Source of the DNA: Roseococcus sp.
GTDB lineage: Bacteria; Pseudomonadota; Alphaproteobacteria; Acetobacterales; Acetobacteraceae
Length of the DNA: 64,000 nucleotides
Direction: 5' to 3'
Assembly: GCA_019747315.1 (NCBI GenBank)
Contig: JAIEQY010000227.1
Span: forward strand, 25,953 to 89,952
The translations under genes and the position numbers were made by a program. A model generated the notes under the pieces. It was not told the DNA's origin, did not search any database, and was given only the letters and a program-made list of their open reading frames with translations. Positions 20,166 through 29,222 of this stretch are shown one piece after another (position 1 is the first letter of the stretch; the number at the start of each line of letters is the position of its first letter).

Positions 20166-21454
20166 ACCGCCGAAGCCTGATCGCGGGGGCCGTGGCGCTC
20201 ACCGCCTGTGACGAGCAGCCCGCCACACCGAATCGTGGCCCGAATCCGACGCTGCCCGCCCCGCGCAGCGGCCTGCTGCCGGACATGACCATTCCCCGCC
20301 CCGCGCTCTGGGGGGATGACATGCCCCAGGTTCCCGCAGGCTATCGCATCCGGGCCATTGCCACGGAGCTGATGGTCCCGCGCCAGACATTGCTGCTGCC
20401 CAATGGCGATATCCTCATCGCCGAAGGGTCGGGCGCCGCCGCGCCGCCGCTGCGGCCGAAGGATCTGATCGCGGGCTTCATCAAGAAGCTCGGACGGGGC
20501 TCGGTCCCCGGCGGCCAGCGACTGACCCTGCTGCGCGATGCGGATGGCGACGGCACCTACGAAATCCGCCGCGTCTTCGCCGAGAACCTGAACGCGCCCT
20601 ATGGGCTCGCTCTCGTGGGGCGCACCCTCTATGTGGCGAACCAGGATGCCCTGGTGGCCTTCGATTACGCGGAGGGCCAGACCGAGGCCGGAGGATCGCC
20701 CCGCCTGGTCGCGCGGCTGCCCTCGGCAATCAATCACCACTGGACCAAGTCCCTGGCGGCCAGCGCCGATGGCCGTTTTCTCTATGTCGGCATCGGCTCC
20801 AACAGCAACATCACCGAACGCGGCATGGCGGCCGAGGTGGACCGGGCCATGATCTGGCAGATCGACGCCGCGACTGGCCTGCATCGGCCCTATGCCACCG
20901 GGCTGCGCAATCCCACGGCGCTCGCCATTCACCCGCAAACCGGCCAGCTCTGGGCGGCGGTGAATGAGCGCGACGAGATCGGCCCCGACCTGGTGCCCGA
21001 CTACCTGACCTCCGTGCGCGAGGGCGGCTTCTATGGCTGGCCCTACAGCTATTGGGGCCAGAATGTGGACCGCCGCGCGCAGCCGCAGGACCCCGCGAAG
21101 GTGGCCGCCGCCATAGCGCCCGACTACAGCCTGGGCGCGCATGTGGCGGCCCTCGGCCTGGCCTTCTCGACCCCCGCCATGGGCGACGCTTTCGCCGAGG
21201 GCGTCTTCATCGGCGAGCACGGAAGTTGGAACCGCACGCCGCCCTCCGGCTACAAGGTCGCCTTCGTGCCCTTCCGGGATGGCAGGCCCGCCGGCGAGCC
21301 GGTGGATTTCGTCTCGGGCTTCCTCAATGCCGAGGGCAATGCGCGCGGCCGGCCGGTCGGCGTCACGGTGGACCCGCGCGGCGCGCTCATCATCTGCGAT
21401 GACCTGACCAGCACCGTCTGGCGCGTCACGCGCGAGGCGGCCACGGCGGGGTAA
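20162..21454 (+). CDS. Sorbosone dehydrogenase-family (PQQ sugar dehydrogenase) lipoprotein
   Basis: RR + LTAC lipobox; HHWTK, GLRNP, VNERDEIG, YGWPY, HGSWNR, GRPVGV. Confidence 0.9.
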   Translation: MNRRSLIAGAVALTACDEQPATPNRGPNPTLPAPRSGLLPDMTIPRPALWGDDMPQVPAGYRIRAIATELMVPRQTLLLPNGDILIAEGSGAAAPPLRPKDLIAGFIKKLGRGSVPGGQRLTLLRDADGDGTYEIRRVFAENLNAPYGLALVGRTLYVANQDALVAFDYAEGQTEAGGSPRLVARLPSAINHHWTKSLAASADGRFLYVGIGSNSNITERGMAAEVDRAMIWQIDAATGLHRPYATGLRNPTALAIHPQTGQLWAAVNERDEIGPDLVPDYLTSVREGGFYGWPYSYWGQNVDRRAQPQDPAKVAAAIAPDYSLGAHVAALGLAFSTPAMGDAFAEGVFIGEHGSWNRTPPSGYKVAFVPFRDGRPAGEPVDFVSGFLNAEGNARGRPVGVTVDPRGALIICDDLTSTVWRVTREAATAG

Positions 21455-21484
21455 AAGCAGATCGCTTTGAGTTTGAAGGAGTGA

Positions 21485-21601
21485 GGCCTCCGGCGGCCGG
21501 GGCCCCAGACCCCATTCATTTTGTCTTTTTCAACAATGACTTGGCGATGATGGATCCGTCAGGGAAAGGGGTCTGGGGCCTCGGCCCCAGCCGCCGGAGG
21601 C
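21485..21601. repeat. REP/MITE-like nested palindrome, copy 2
   Basis: Same termini GCCTCCGGCGGC...GCCGCCGGAGGC and CCCCAGACCCC/GGGGTCTGGGG arms as 13549-13634, with a longer AT-rich centre. Confidence 0.8.
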
Positions 21602-21649
21602 TCTCTTGCACTGATGGGTCGTGGCTCCAAGGCTCTCGTATAAGCCCGG

Positions 21650-23293
21650 CTACTTCTTCTCGGGCAGGGCGTGCTGTTCGCGGAGCGCGTGGAAGCTCAG
21701 CATCTTCCACTCCTCCTCCGCGCGCTTGCGCCGCCAGTCCGAGGTGAAGAGCGCCACCAGCGCTCCGTCATGATCCTCCGCCAGCTCACTGCGGTTGAAC
21801 TGGCTGAAGCGCGAGACGGCGTCGCGATCCTCCGAGGTCACCCAGCGGAGATATTCCCACTGCGTGTGCTCGAAGCCGGCGGGGACGCCGTATTCCACCT
21901 TGAGCCGACTTTGCAGCACGTCGATCTGCAAAAGCCCCACCACGCCGATCACGGGCGGGGAGCCATCCAGCGGCCGAAAAATCTGCACCACACCCTCATC
22001 GGCGAGTTGCTCCAGCGCCTTGTTCAGCTTCTTGGCCAGCATCGGGTCATCCAGGCGCACGCGGCGCAGATGCTCGGGTGAGAAGGAGGGCACGCCGCGG
22101 AAGTTGATCGGCTCGCCCTCGGTCAGCGTGTCGCCGATGCGCAGCGTGCCGTGGTTGGCGATTCCCACCACATCGCCCGGCCAGGCCTCTTCCGCCACCT
22201 GGCGGTCCTTGGCGAAGAAGAAAAGCGGCGCATTGACCGGCACCTGCTTGCCGGTGCGGACCTGAAGCAGGCGCGCGCCCTTCTGCAGGCGCCCGGAGCA
22301 GATGCGGAAGAACGCCACGCGGTCGCGGTGCTGCGGGTCCATATTCGCCTGCACCTTGAAGACGAAGCCGGTCAGCTTGCCCTCGCCGGGGGCGACCATC
22401 CGCGCATCGGCCGCGCGCGGGCGCGGCGGCGGGGCGAGGCGCGCCAGACCATCCAGCAGATGGCCCACGCCGAAATCGCGCAATGCGCTGCCGAAGAAGA
22501 CCGGCGTCATGGTGCCTTGCAGGAAGGCTTCCTCGTCAAACTCCGGGTAGCCGCCGGTGACGAGGCCCGCCTGGTCCCGGAGATCGCCCAGCAGTGCCGC
22601 CGGCACGAGCTTGTCCAGCGCCGGATCTTCGAGGCCGGAGAGCGGGATGTGGCTGCCATCGGCCGTGTCCAGCATGCGCAGGGCCGGGTCCAGCAGGTCA
22701 TAGACGCCGATCAGATCCCGCCCCTGCCCCACCGGCCAGGCGGCGGGCGAGACGTCGAGCGCCAGGGTCTTCTCGATCTCGTCGAGCAGTTCCAGCGGAT
22801 CGCGCCCCTCGCGGTCCATCTTGTTGATGAAGGTGATGATGGGAATGTCGCGCAGGCGGCAGACCTCAAAGAGCTTCAGCGTCTGCGCCTCGATGCCCTT
22901 GGCCGCATCCAGCACCATGACGGCCGCGTCCACGGCGGTCAGGGTGCGATACGTATCCTCGGAGAAATCCTCGTGGCCCGGCGTATCCAGCAGGTTGAAA
23001 ATCAACCCGTCACGCTCGAAGGTCATGACCGAGGTGGCGACCGAGATGCCGCGATCCTGCTCGATGCTCATCCAGTCCGAGCGGGTGGCGCGGCGATTGC
23101 CCTTGGCGCGCACCTGGCCGGCGAGCTGGATGGCGCCGCCCTTGAGGAGCAGCTTCTCGGTCAGCGTGGTCTTGCCGGCATCAGGGTGGGCGATGATGGC
23201 GAAGCTGCGCCGGCGCGCGGCCTCCTGCGCGGCGTCGCTCGGCTTGGAATCGGGGGTGAGCTGGTCCAAGGGGGAATTCTCCACGGCCCGCAA
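21650..23293 (-). CDS. prfC: Peptide chain release factor 3 (start uncertain)
   Basis: RRSFAIIAHPDAGKTTLTEKLL, DTPGHEDFSEDTYR, FKVQANMDP.HRDR. Confidence 0.97.
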   Translation of the reverse strand: MRAVENSPLDQLTPDSKPSDAAQEAARRRSFAIIAHPDAGKTTLTEKLLLKGGAIQLAGQVRAKGNRRATRSDWMSIEQDRGISVATSVMTFERDGLIFNLLDTPGHEDFSEDTYRTLTAVDAAVMVLDAAKGIEAQTLKLFEVCRLRDIPIITFINKMDREGRDPLELLDEIEKTLALDVSPAAWPVGQGRDLIGVYDLLDPALRMLDTADGSHIPLSGLEDPALDKLVPAALLGDLRDQAGLVTGGYPEFDEEAFLQGTMTPVFFGSALRDFGVGHLLDGLARLAPPPRPRAADARMVAPGEGKLTGFVFKVQANMDPQHRDRVAFFRICSGRLQKGARLLQVRTGKQVPVNAPLFFFAKDRQVAEEAWPGDVVGIANHGTLRIGDTLTEGEPINFRGVPSFSPEHLRRVRLDDPMLAKKLNKALEQLADEGVVQIFRPLDGSPPVIGVVGLLQIDVLQSRLKVEYGVPAGFEHTQWEYLRWVTSEDRDAVSRFSQFNRSELAEDHDGALVALFTSDWRRKRAEEEWKMLSFHALREQHALPEKK

Positions 23294-23383
23294 CGGGGCT
23301 GGCAGGCGGCGCTTCAGGGCGGGATGGAGCCGCGCGGCTGCGCGGGCTTATGGCCCCGCCAGCACGCCCGGGTCCAGCCCCGC

Positions 23384-24349
23384 TCAGCTGTCCAGGCGGA
23401 TGTTGTTGTCGCGGATCAGGGCGCCGATGCGGGCGCGCTGCTCGGTCAGGAAGGCGGCGAAGTCGGCCGGGCCGAGGGCCTGGATGTCCATGCCGAGATT
23501 GGCGTGGCGTTCCCGCACCACCGGGTCAGCGAGACCCAGCTGCGCGGCCTCGGCATGGCGCGCGATGGCGGGCGCGGGCGTGCCCGTGGGCGCGAAAAGC
23601 GCGATCCACTCGTTCAGCGAAAAACCCTCATAGCCGAGCTCCAGCATGGTGGGCGTGTCCGGCAGCGTCGGGATGCGGCGCGGGGTGGCGACGGCGAGCG
23701 CGCGCAGCCGGTTGTCGCGGATCAGCGGCACCACCAGCGGCGTGGTGTTGAAGGTGAAGACCGTCTCGCCCGCCAGAAGCCCCGGGATGGATTGCTGGCT
23801 GGCACGGTAGGGCACATGCGTGACCTCCAGCCGCTCGCGCTGGGTGAACATCACGGCGGCGAGGTGGGAAGCGAGGCCGATGCCCGTGCTGGCATAGGGC
23901 TGGCCGGGATTGGCGCGGAGGAAGGCCACCAGCTCCGGCACGCTGCGCACCGGCGTCTCCGCCCGCACGCAGAGCACATTGGGCAGCAGCGCGAAGAGGC
24001 TGACGGGGGCGAAGGCCGTCAGGTAATCGAAGGAGAGGCCGCGCATCAGCAAGGGGTTGCTGACCTGGCCGGCCGCATCGAACAGCAGCGTGTGGCCATC
24101 GGCCGCCGCCTGCGCCACCACGCCGGCGCCGATGGAGCCTGAGGCGCCGCCGCGATTCTCGATGACCACATTCTGGCCCAGCGCCGTCTGCATGTGGGGT
24201 GCGACCAGGCGCAGCGAGGCATCGGCCGAGCCACCGGCCGGCCAGCCGGCGACGATGCGCACGGGGCGAGTTGGCGCCCAGGACTGCGCGAGGGCGGGCG
24301 CAGCCAGGGAGGGGGCGAGGGGCAGGGCAAGGAGGACGCGGCGCTTCAT
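23384..24349 (-). CDS. Bug/TctC tripartite tricarboxylate transporter substrate-binding protein
   Basis: P.RPVRIV, AGGSAD, VIENRGGASG.IG, HVPYR. Confidence 0.92.
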   Translation of the reverse strand: MKRRVLLALPLAPSLAAPALAQSWAPTRPVRIVAGWPAGGSADASLRLVAPHMQTALGQNVVIENRGGASGSIGAGVVAQAAADGHTLLFDAAGQVSNPLLMRGLSFDYLTAFAPVSLFALLPNVLCVRAETPVRSVPELVAFLRANPGQPYASTGIGLASHLAAVMFTQRERLEVTHVPYRASQQSIPGLLAGETVFTFNTTPLVVPLIRDNRLRALAVATPRRIPTLPDTPTMLELGYEGFSLNEWIALFAPTGTPAPAIARHAEAAQLGLADPVVRERHANLGMDIQALGPADFAAFLTEQRARIGALIRDNNIRLDS

Positions 24350-24373
24350 ACCCCCTAAATGCCCCTTGCCGCG

Positions 24374-25303
24374 CTATCCGTCGAGGCGAATCCCTTCGGC
24401 GGCGATCAGCGCGCCCATCGCGGCGCGCTCGGCGGCGAGGAAGCCGGCCAGCGCCTCCGGCCCCTCGGCCGCCGGCTCCAGGCCGAGATCGGCGAGGCGC
24501 GAGCGCAGCGCCGGCTGGTTCACCGCATCCGCCGCGGCGGTGGCAAGGCGCGCGATGGTGGCGGGGGGCGTGCCGGCCGGGGCCAGCAGCGCCAGCCAAT
24601 CGCCGATGGCAAAGCCAGGGAAGCCTTGCTCGGCGATGCTCGGCGCCCGGCCGGGCAGGGAATAGCCGAGGGCCAAAAGCCGCCCCTCGCGCAGCAGGGG
24701 CGCGGCGAGCGCGATGGAGGTGAAGCCCATCGCCACATCGCCCCGCAGCAGGCCCGCGATCTGGTCGGCGCCGCCGCGATAGGGGATGTGCTCACCCGTG
24801 AGACCCGCCCGACGCAGCAGGGCGGCCATGGCGAGATGGGTGCGCGCGCCGATGCCCACACTGCCATAGGCGGCCGGGCGCCCCTCGGCGCGCAGCCGGG
24901 CCAGCAGGGCGCGCAGGGTGGCGACGCCGAGATCGGAGCGCACGACGAGCACGAGCGGCAGGGTGGCGAGCAGCGTGACGGGCGCGAAGGCGGTCGCGTA
25001 GTCGAAGCCGAGGCCGCGCATGAGGTGGGGATTCACCGCCTGGCCGCCGGAATCCAGCAGCAGCGTCGCCCCATCCGGCGCGGCCTGCGCCACCACGCCG
25101 GCACCCACCGCGCCCGAGGCGCCGCTGCGGTTCTCGGGCGTCACGGTCGCACCCAGGATTTCGCCCATGCGCGGCGCGATCAGGCGGCCCAGCAGGTCGG
25201 TGCTGCCGCCGGGCGGGAAGGCGATGACGAGGCGGATCGGCCGCGCCTCGGCGAGGGCCGGGGTGGCAAGCGGGAGCGTGACCAGGGCGCGGCGTGGGAT
25301 CAT
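24374..25303 (-). CDS. Bug/TctC substrate-binding protein
   Basis: FPPGGSTD, ENRSGASG, HIPYRGG. Confidence 0.92.
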   Translation of the reverse strand: MIPRRALVTLPLATPALAEARPIRLVIAFPPGGSTDLLGRLIAPRMGEILGATVTPENRSGASGAVGAGVVAQAAPDGATLLLDSGGQAVNPHLMRGLGFDYATAFAPVTLLATLPLVLVVRSDLGVATLRALLARLRAEGRPAAYGSVGIGARTHLAMAALLRRAGLTGEHIPYRGGADQIAGLLRGDVAMGFTSIALAAPLLREGRLLALGYSLPGRAPSIAEQGFPGFAIGDWLALLAPAGTPPATIARLATAAADAVNQPALRSRLADLGLEPAAEGPEALAGFLAAERAAMGALIAAEGIRLDG

Positions 25304-25351
25304 GCCAGGCGGCTAGCGGAAAGTGCGGGCGCTTGCCACCGCGCCGCCATG

Positions 25352-26305
25352 TCACTCGATCCGGATGCCCTCCTCGCGGATCAGCGCGCCCATGCGGTCC
25401 CGCTGTTCGGTGAGGAAGCGCGCCATGGCGGCGGGGCCATGGGCATTGGGCTCCAGCCCCAGCAGGTCGAAGCGCGGCCGCAGATCGGCATCGGACATGG
25501 CGAGGCGCGCGGCCTCGGCGATGCGGGCCACCGCCTCGGCCGGCGTGCCGGCGGGGGCGTAGATGGCGTGGAAGTCGAAGACGCCGAAGCCCGGAAAGCC
25601 GCTCTCGGCCACGGTCGGCACGGCGGGGTAGGCGCTGGCGCGGGCCGGCGTGGAGGCGGCCAGCGGGCGCAGCGCGCCGTCGCGGATCAGCGGCGCGATC
25701 AGCGGGATGGTCGAGAAGGTGAAGAGCGTGTCGCCGCGCCGGAGCGCCGTGATCTGCTCGGCCCCGCCCCGGAAGGGGATGTGCTGGCCATCCAGCCCCG
25801 CGCGCCGCATCAGGAGCGCGCCCGCCAGATGCGAGCCGGTGCCGACGCCGGAGGAGCCGAAGCTCTCGCGCCCCGGGTTGCGGCGCATATGTGCCAGGAA
25901 GGCCGGGAAATCGGCGATGGGCGCCTCGGTGCGGACCACGAGGATCGCCGGCAGCACCGTCATCTGCGTGACCGGGGTGAAGGCGGTGGCATAGTCGAAG
26001 CCCAGGCCGCGCATGAGGTGCGGGTTGGTGGCGGCGCCGCCGGCATCGAGGATGAAGGTGTTGCCATCGGGCGCCGCCTGGGCGCCGGCCGCCATGCCGA
26101 TCGCGCCATTCGCGCCGCCGCGATTCTCGATGATGATGGTGCTGCCCAGGTGGCGCTCCATCAGGGGCACGACGAGGCGGGCCAGCACATCCGTGCTGCC
26201 GCCCGGCGGGAAGCTGACGATCAGGCGCAGGTTGCGCGGCTGCGCGAGGGCGGGTGTTGCGAGGGCGCCCGCCCCCAGGGCCAGAATTTGCCGGCGTGTG
26301 GTCAT
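25352..26305 (-). CDS. Bug/TctC substrate-binding protein
   Basis: Tat-like MTTRRQ, FPPGGSTD, ENRGGANG, GSSGVG, HIPFRGG. Confidence 0.92.
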   Translation of the reverse strand: MTTRRQILALGAGALATPALAQPRNLRLIVSFPPGGSTDVLARLVVPLMERHLGSTIIIENRGGANGAIGMAAGAQAAPDGNTFILDAGGAATNPHLMRGLGFDYATAFTPVTQMTVLPAILVVRTEAPIADFPAFLAHMRRNPGRESFGSSGVGTGSHLAGALLMRRAGLDGQHIPFRGGAEQITALRRGDTLFTFSTIPLIAPLIRDGALRPLAASTPARASAYPAVPTVAESGFPGFGVFDFHAIYAPAGTPAEAVARIAEAARLAMSDADLRPRFDLLGLEPNAHGPAAMARFLTEQRDRMGALIREEGIRIE

Positions 26306-26340
26306 GTGTTCCTCCCGTGTTTTGCGGTACCCTGCCATGC

Positions 26341-27672
26341 ATGGCCCCCCGCCGTCAGCCCGAGTCTTCCGACGATCTCTTCGGCCCGCCCGAAGCGCCG
26401 GCCGCGTCCCCCCCGGCCGAGGGCGCGCCCCTGGCCGAGCGGCTTCGCCCGCGCGCGCTCTCCGAGGTGGTGGGGCAGGACCAGCTGCTGGGCCCCCAGG
26501 GCAGCATCACCCGCATGCTGGGGCGTGGCAGCCTCGCCTCGATGATCCTCTGGGGGCCGCCGGGCGTGGGCAAGACCACCATCGCGCGGCTGCTGGCCGA
26601 GGCGGCGGATCTCAGCTTCGTCTCGCTCTCGGCGGTGTTCTCGGGTGTCGCCGACCTCAAGCGCGCCTTCGACGAGGCGAGGGCGCGGCGGCGGATGGGG
26701 CGGCGCACCTTGCTGTTCGTGGATGAGATCCACCGCTTCAACCGCGCCCAGCAGGATGGATTTCTGCCGGTGGTGGAGGACGGCACCGTGGTGCTGATCG
26801 GCGCCACCACGGAAAACCCCAGCTTCGCGCTGAACGGCGCGCTGCTCTCGCGCTGCCAGGTGATGGTGCTGAAGCGGCTGGAGGCCCAGGGGCTGGAGGC
26901 GCTGCTCACCCGTGCCGAGGCCGAGGCGGGGCGCCCCCTGCCGCTCGATACCGCGGCGCGGGCGGTGCTGCTCGCCATGGCCGATGGCGATGGGCGCTAC
27001 CTGCTGAACCTCGCCGAGCAATTGCTGGCGCTGGAAGACCCCGCGCCGCTCGACCCCGACGGGCTCGCGCAGCTGCTGGCCAAGCGTGCCGCCCTCTACG
27101 ACAAGGACCGGGAGGAGCACTACAACCTCATCTCCGCGCTGCATAAGTCGCTGCGCGGGAGTGATCCGGATGCCGGCCTCTACTGGTTCGCGCGGATGAT
27201 CCTGGGCGGCGAGGATGCGCGCTACATCGCCCGCCGCCTCACGCGCTTCGCGGCCGAGGATGTGGGCCTGGCCGACCCCTCCGCGCTGCCGGCGGCCATC
27301 GCCGCCTGGGAAACCTATGAGCGGCTCGGCTCGCCCGAGGGGGAATTGGCGCTGGCGCAGCTGGTGGTGCACCTGGCGACGGCGCCGAAATCCAATGCGG
27401 TCTATGTGGCCTGGAAGGCGGCGCAGGCGGCAGCGCGCGAGACCGGGAGCCTCGCGCCGCCCGCCCACATCCTGAACGCGCCGACCAAGATGATGCGCGA
27501 GCTGGGCTATGGCGCCGGCTACCAATACGACCATGACGTGGAGGAGGGCTTCTCCGGCCAGAACTATTTTCCGGAGGGCATGGCGCGGCCGCGTTACTAC
27601 GAGCCGGCGGGGCGTGGAGCGGAGGCCGTGATCGCGCAGCGCCTCGCGGAATGGGCGAAGCGACGGCGATGA
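26341..27672 (+). CDS. rarA: Replication-associated recombination protein A (MgsA)
   Basis: PLAERLRP, GPPGVGKTT, DEIHRFNRAQQD, ISALHKSLRGSDPD. Confidence 0.97.
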   Translation: MAPRRQPESSDDLFGPPEAPAASPPAEGAPLAERLRPRALSEVVGQDQLLGPQGSITRMLGRGSLASMILWGPPGVGKTTIARLLAEAADLSFVSLSAVFSGVADLKRAFDEARARRRMGRRTLLFVDEIHRFNRAQQDGFLPVVEDGTVVLIGATTENPSFALNGALLSRCQVMVLKRLEAQGLEALLTRAEAEAGRPLPLDTAARAVLLAMADGDGRYLLNLAEQLLALEDPAPLDPDGLAQLLAKRAALYDKDREEHYNLISALHKSLRGSDPDAGLYWFARMILGGEDARYIARRLTRFAAEDVGLADPSALPAAIAAWETYERLGSPEGELALAQLVVHLATAPKSNAVYVAWKAAQAAARETGSLAPPAHILNAPTKMMRELGYGAGYQYDHDVEEGFSGQNYFPEGMARPRYYEPAGRGAEAVIAQRLAEWAKRRR

Positions 27673-28022
27673 GCTTTCTCCTGGTGGCGGCGGGCGGCGC
27701 GCTCGGCTCGATGGGCCGCTACGGCGTCTCGCTGCTGGCGATGGCCTGGCTGGGTGCCGCCTTTCCCTGGGGGACGCTGGCCGTGAACGTGCTGGGCAGC
27801 GGGGCGATCGGCGTGCTGGCGGGGCAGGGGATCAGCGGCGGCGCGCGGCTGTTCTGGGTGACGGGGGTGCTGGGCGGCTTCACCACCTTCTCGGCCTTCA
27901 GCCTGGAGGCGGCGCTGCTCTGGGAGCGCGCGGCCTGGCAGGGGGTGGCCTATGTGCTGGCGAGCCTGGGCCTTGGGCTTGCGGCCTTCGCCATGGGGTG
28001 GTGGCTGGCGCGGATGGGCTGA
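27669..28022 (+). CDS. fluC: Fluoride channel
   Basis: GGALGSMGRY, FPWGTLAVN, GVLGGFTTFSAF. Confidence 0.93.
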   Translation: MSFLLVAAGGALGSMGRYGVSLLAMAWLGAAFPWGTLAVNVLGSGAIGVLAGQGISGGARLFWVTGVLGGFTTFSAFSLEAALLWERAAWQGVAYVLASLGLGLAAFAMGWWLARMG

Positions 28023-28077
28023 GGGCGGATTTCCGCAAACACATGTTTTCAGACAAATGCCCGCCCCTTGCCCTGGG

Positions 28078-28104
28078 TGTTGACCGACGATTGAAACCGG
28101 AAAT
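28078..28104 (+). promoter_or_regulatory. Prophage left end (attL) with first transposase-binding site
   Basis: TGTTGACCGACGATTGAAACCGGAAAT; CCGGAA core recurs at 28205 and GAAACCGGAA at 28241. Confidence 0.8.
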
Positions 28105-28105
28105 C

Positions 28106-28140
28106 CGGGATCACCCGGGATGACGCGGGACAAGACGGGA
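28106..28140 (+). repeat. Four CGGGA motifs at exact 10-bp period (candidate pac site)
   Basis: CGGGA at 28106, 28116, 28126, 28136. Confidence 0.7.
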
Positions 28141-28299
28141 TAAGTCACCGAAAAAATTTGGTTTTCGCCCCCGGGAGCGGCGCCTGCAGTTGCTGCGGCC
28201 AATTCCGGAAATCGGCCTGAAAAAATGGGTTTCGCGGATAGAAACCGGAATACCTGCCTTGGCAGAGAAGCAGCTCTTAGAGCCTTATAAAAATGGTTC

Positions 28300-29043
28300 T
28301 CAGCGCAGGGTGCCGCTGCGCCAGAGCACCTCTCCAACCACGTCGAGGGGCGTGGCCTCGCTGGGGGTGATGACCTCGGGCGGGTATCGCGGGTTGTCGC
28401 TCAGGATCATCACGGTGCCATCCATGCGGGGCTGAACGCGCTTGGCGAGCAGGGCGCCACCGACGCGGAGGATGTAGATCGGGCCGCTGCGGGGCTCGGT
28501 CGCGCTGGTGTCCACCAGCAGCTCGTCACCGTCACGCAGGGCGGGTTCCATGCTGTCCCCGGCGCACTCGATGAGCGCCAGGTGCTCGGGGTTGCGGCGC
28601 AGCTTGGTGCGGATGAACTCGGCGGAAAACATCACTTTTTCGATGGCCCAGCCGGGGTCGAGCGTGGTGCCGATGCCGGCCGAGGCGCGCGCCTCATAGC
28701 GGGGGATCAGCACCCCGCCCTCGGGCGCCTGTCGCGCCTGGCCGGCCGAGAAGGCGGCGGTTTCCTCGGCGAAGCCGGTGCCATCTGCGCGCATCGGGCC
28801 GGTGCCGCTTGCAAGCCATTCCAGGCGGACACCGGTGGCTTGAGCGAGGCTGATCATGCTCGCCGCTTTCATGTCCCTGCCGCCCAGGTAGTTATTGAGA
28901 GTGCCCAGGTGCATCTCGGCACGTTTGGCTACGGCGGTCGGGCCGCCGGCATCACGAACGGCTTCCCGCAGGCGCTCAGTGCGCTCCGAGACGGCACGGT
29001 TCTCGGCCGGAACTGTACCGGCTGGGAAAACTGCCGCACTCAT
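28300..29043 (-). CDS. Prophage repressor, XRE HTH + S24 autopeptidase
   Basis: N-terminal HTH (LEWLASGTGPM), ASAG cleavage site, GDSMEP Ser, AKRV Lys. Confidence 0.93.
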   Translation of the reverse strand: MSAAVFPAGTVPAENRAVSERTERLREAVRDAGGPTAVAKRAEMHLGTLNNYLGGRDMKAASMISLAQATGVRLEWLASGTGPMRADGTGFAEETAAFSAGQARQAPEGGVLIPRYEARASAGIGTTLDPGWAIEKVMFSAEFIRTKLRRNPEHLALIECAGDSMEPALRDGDELLVDTSATEPRSGPIYILRVGGALLAKRVQPRMDGTVMILSDNPRYPPEVITPSEATPLDVVGEVLWRSGTLR

Positions 29044-29125
29044 AGCGAAAATCCAATCATAGCAATGGTTTAACCCCATTTGTGGGGTTTCATAGCCATT
29101 TTTGAACTGTGCCGCTTCAACTGGC

Positions 29126-29154
29126 TTGCGACGCCATATTCATTTGGCTATAAA
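29126..29154 (+). promoter_or_regulatory. Early lytic promoter (Pe-like)
   Basis: TTGCGA-N17-TATAAA in the AT-rich c/ner spacer. Confidence 0.7.
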
Positions 29155-29222
29155 TCCTCACGAACGTTACACCGCACTCCGCGCCGCCGGCGCGTCGGGT
29201 GACGGCCTTGGGGGTGGAGTGA

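Noticed and set aside
17184-26545. Long opposite-strand ORFs over the GMC, prfC and bug genes
   Set aside because: Shadow ORFs caused by GC3 bias.
28270-28299. CTTAGAGCCTTATA resembles the CTTAGTGGCTTCTTAT arm at 47549
   Set aside because: Match too short to support a shared function.
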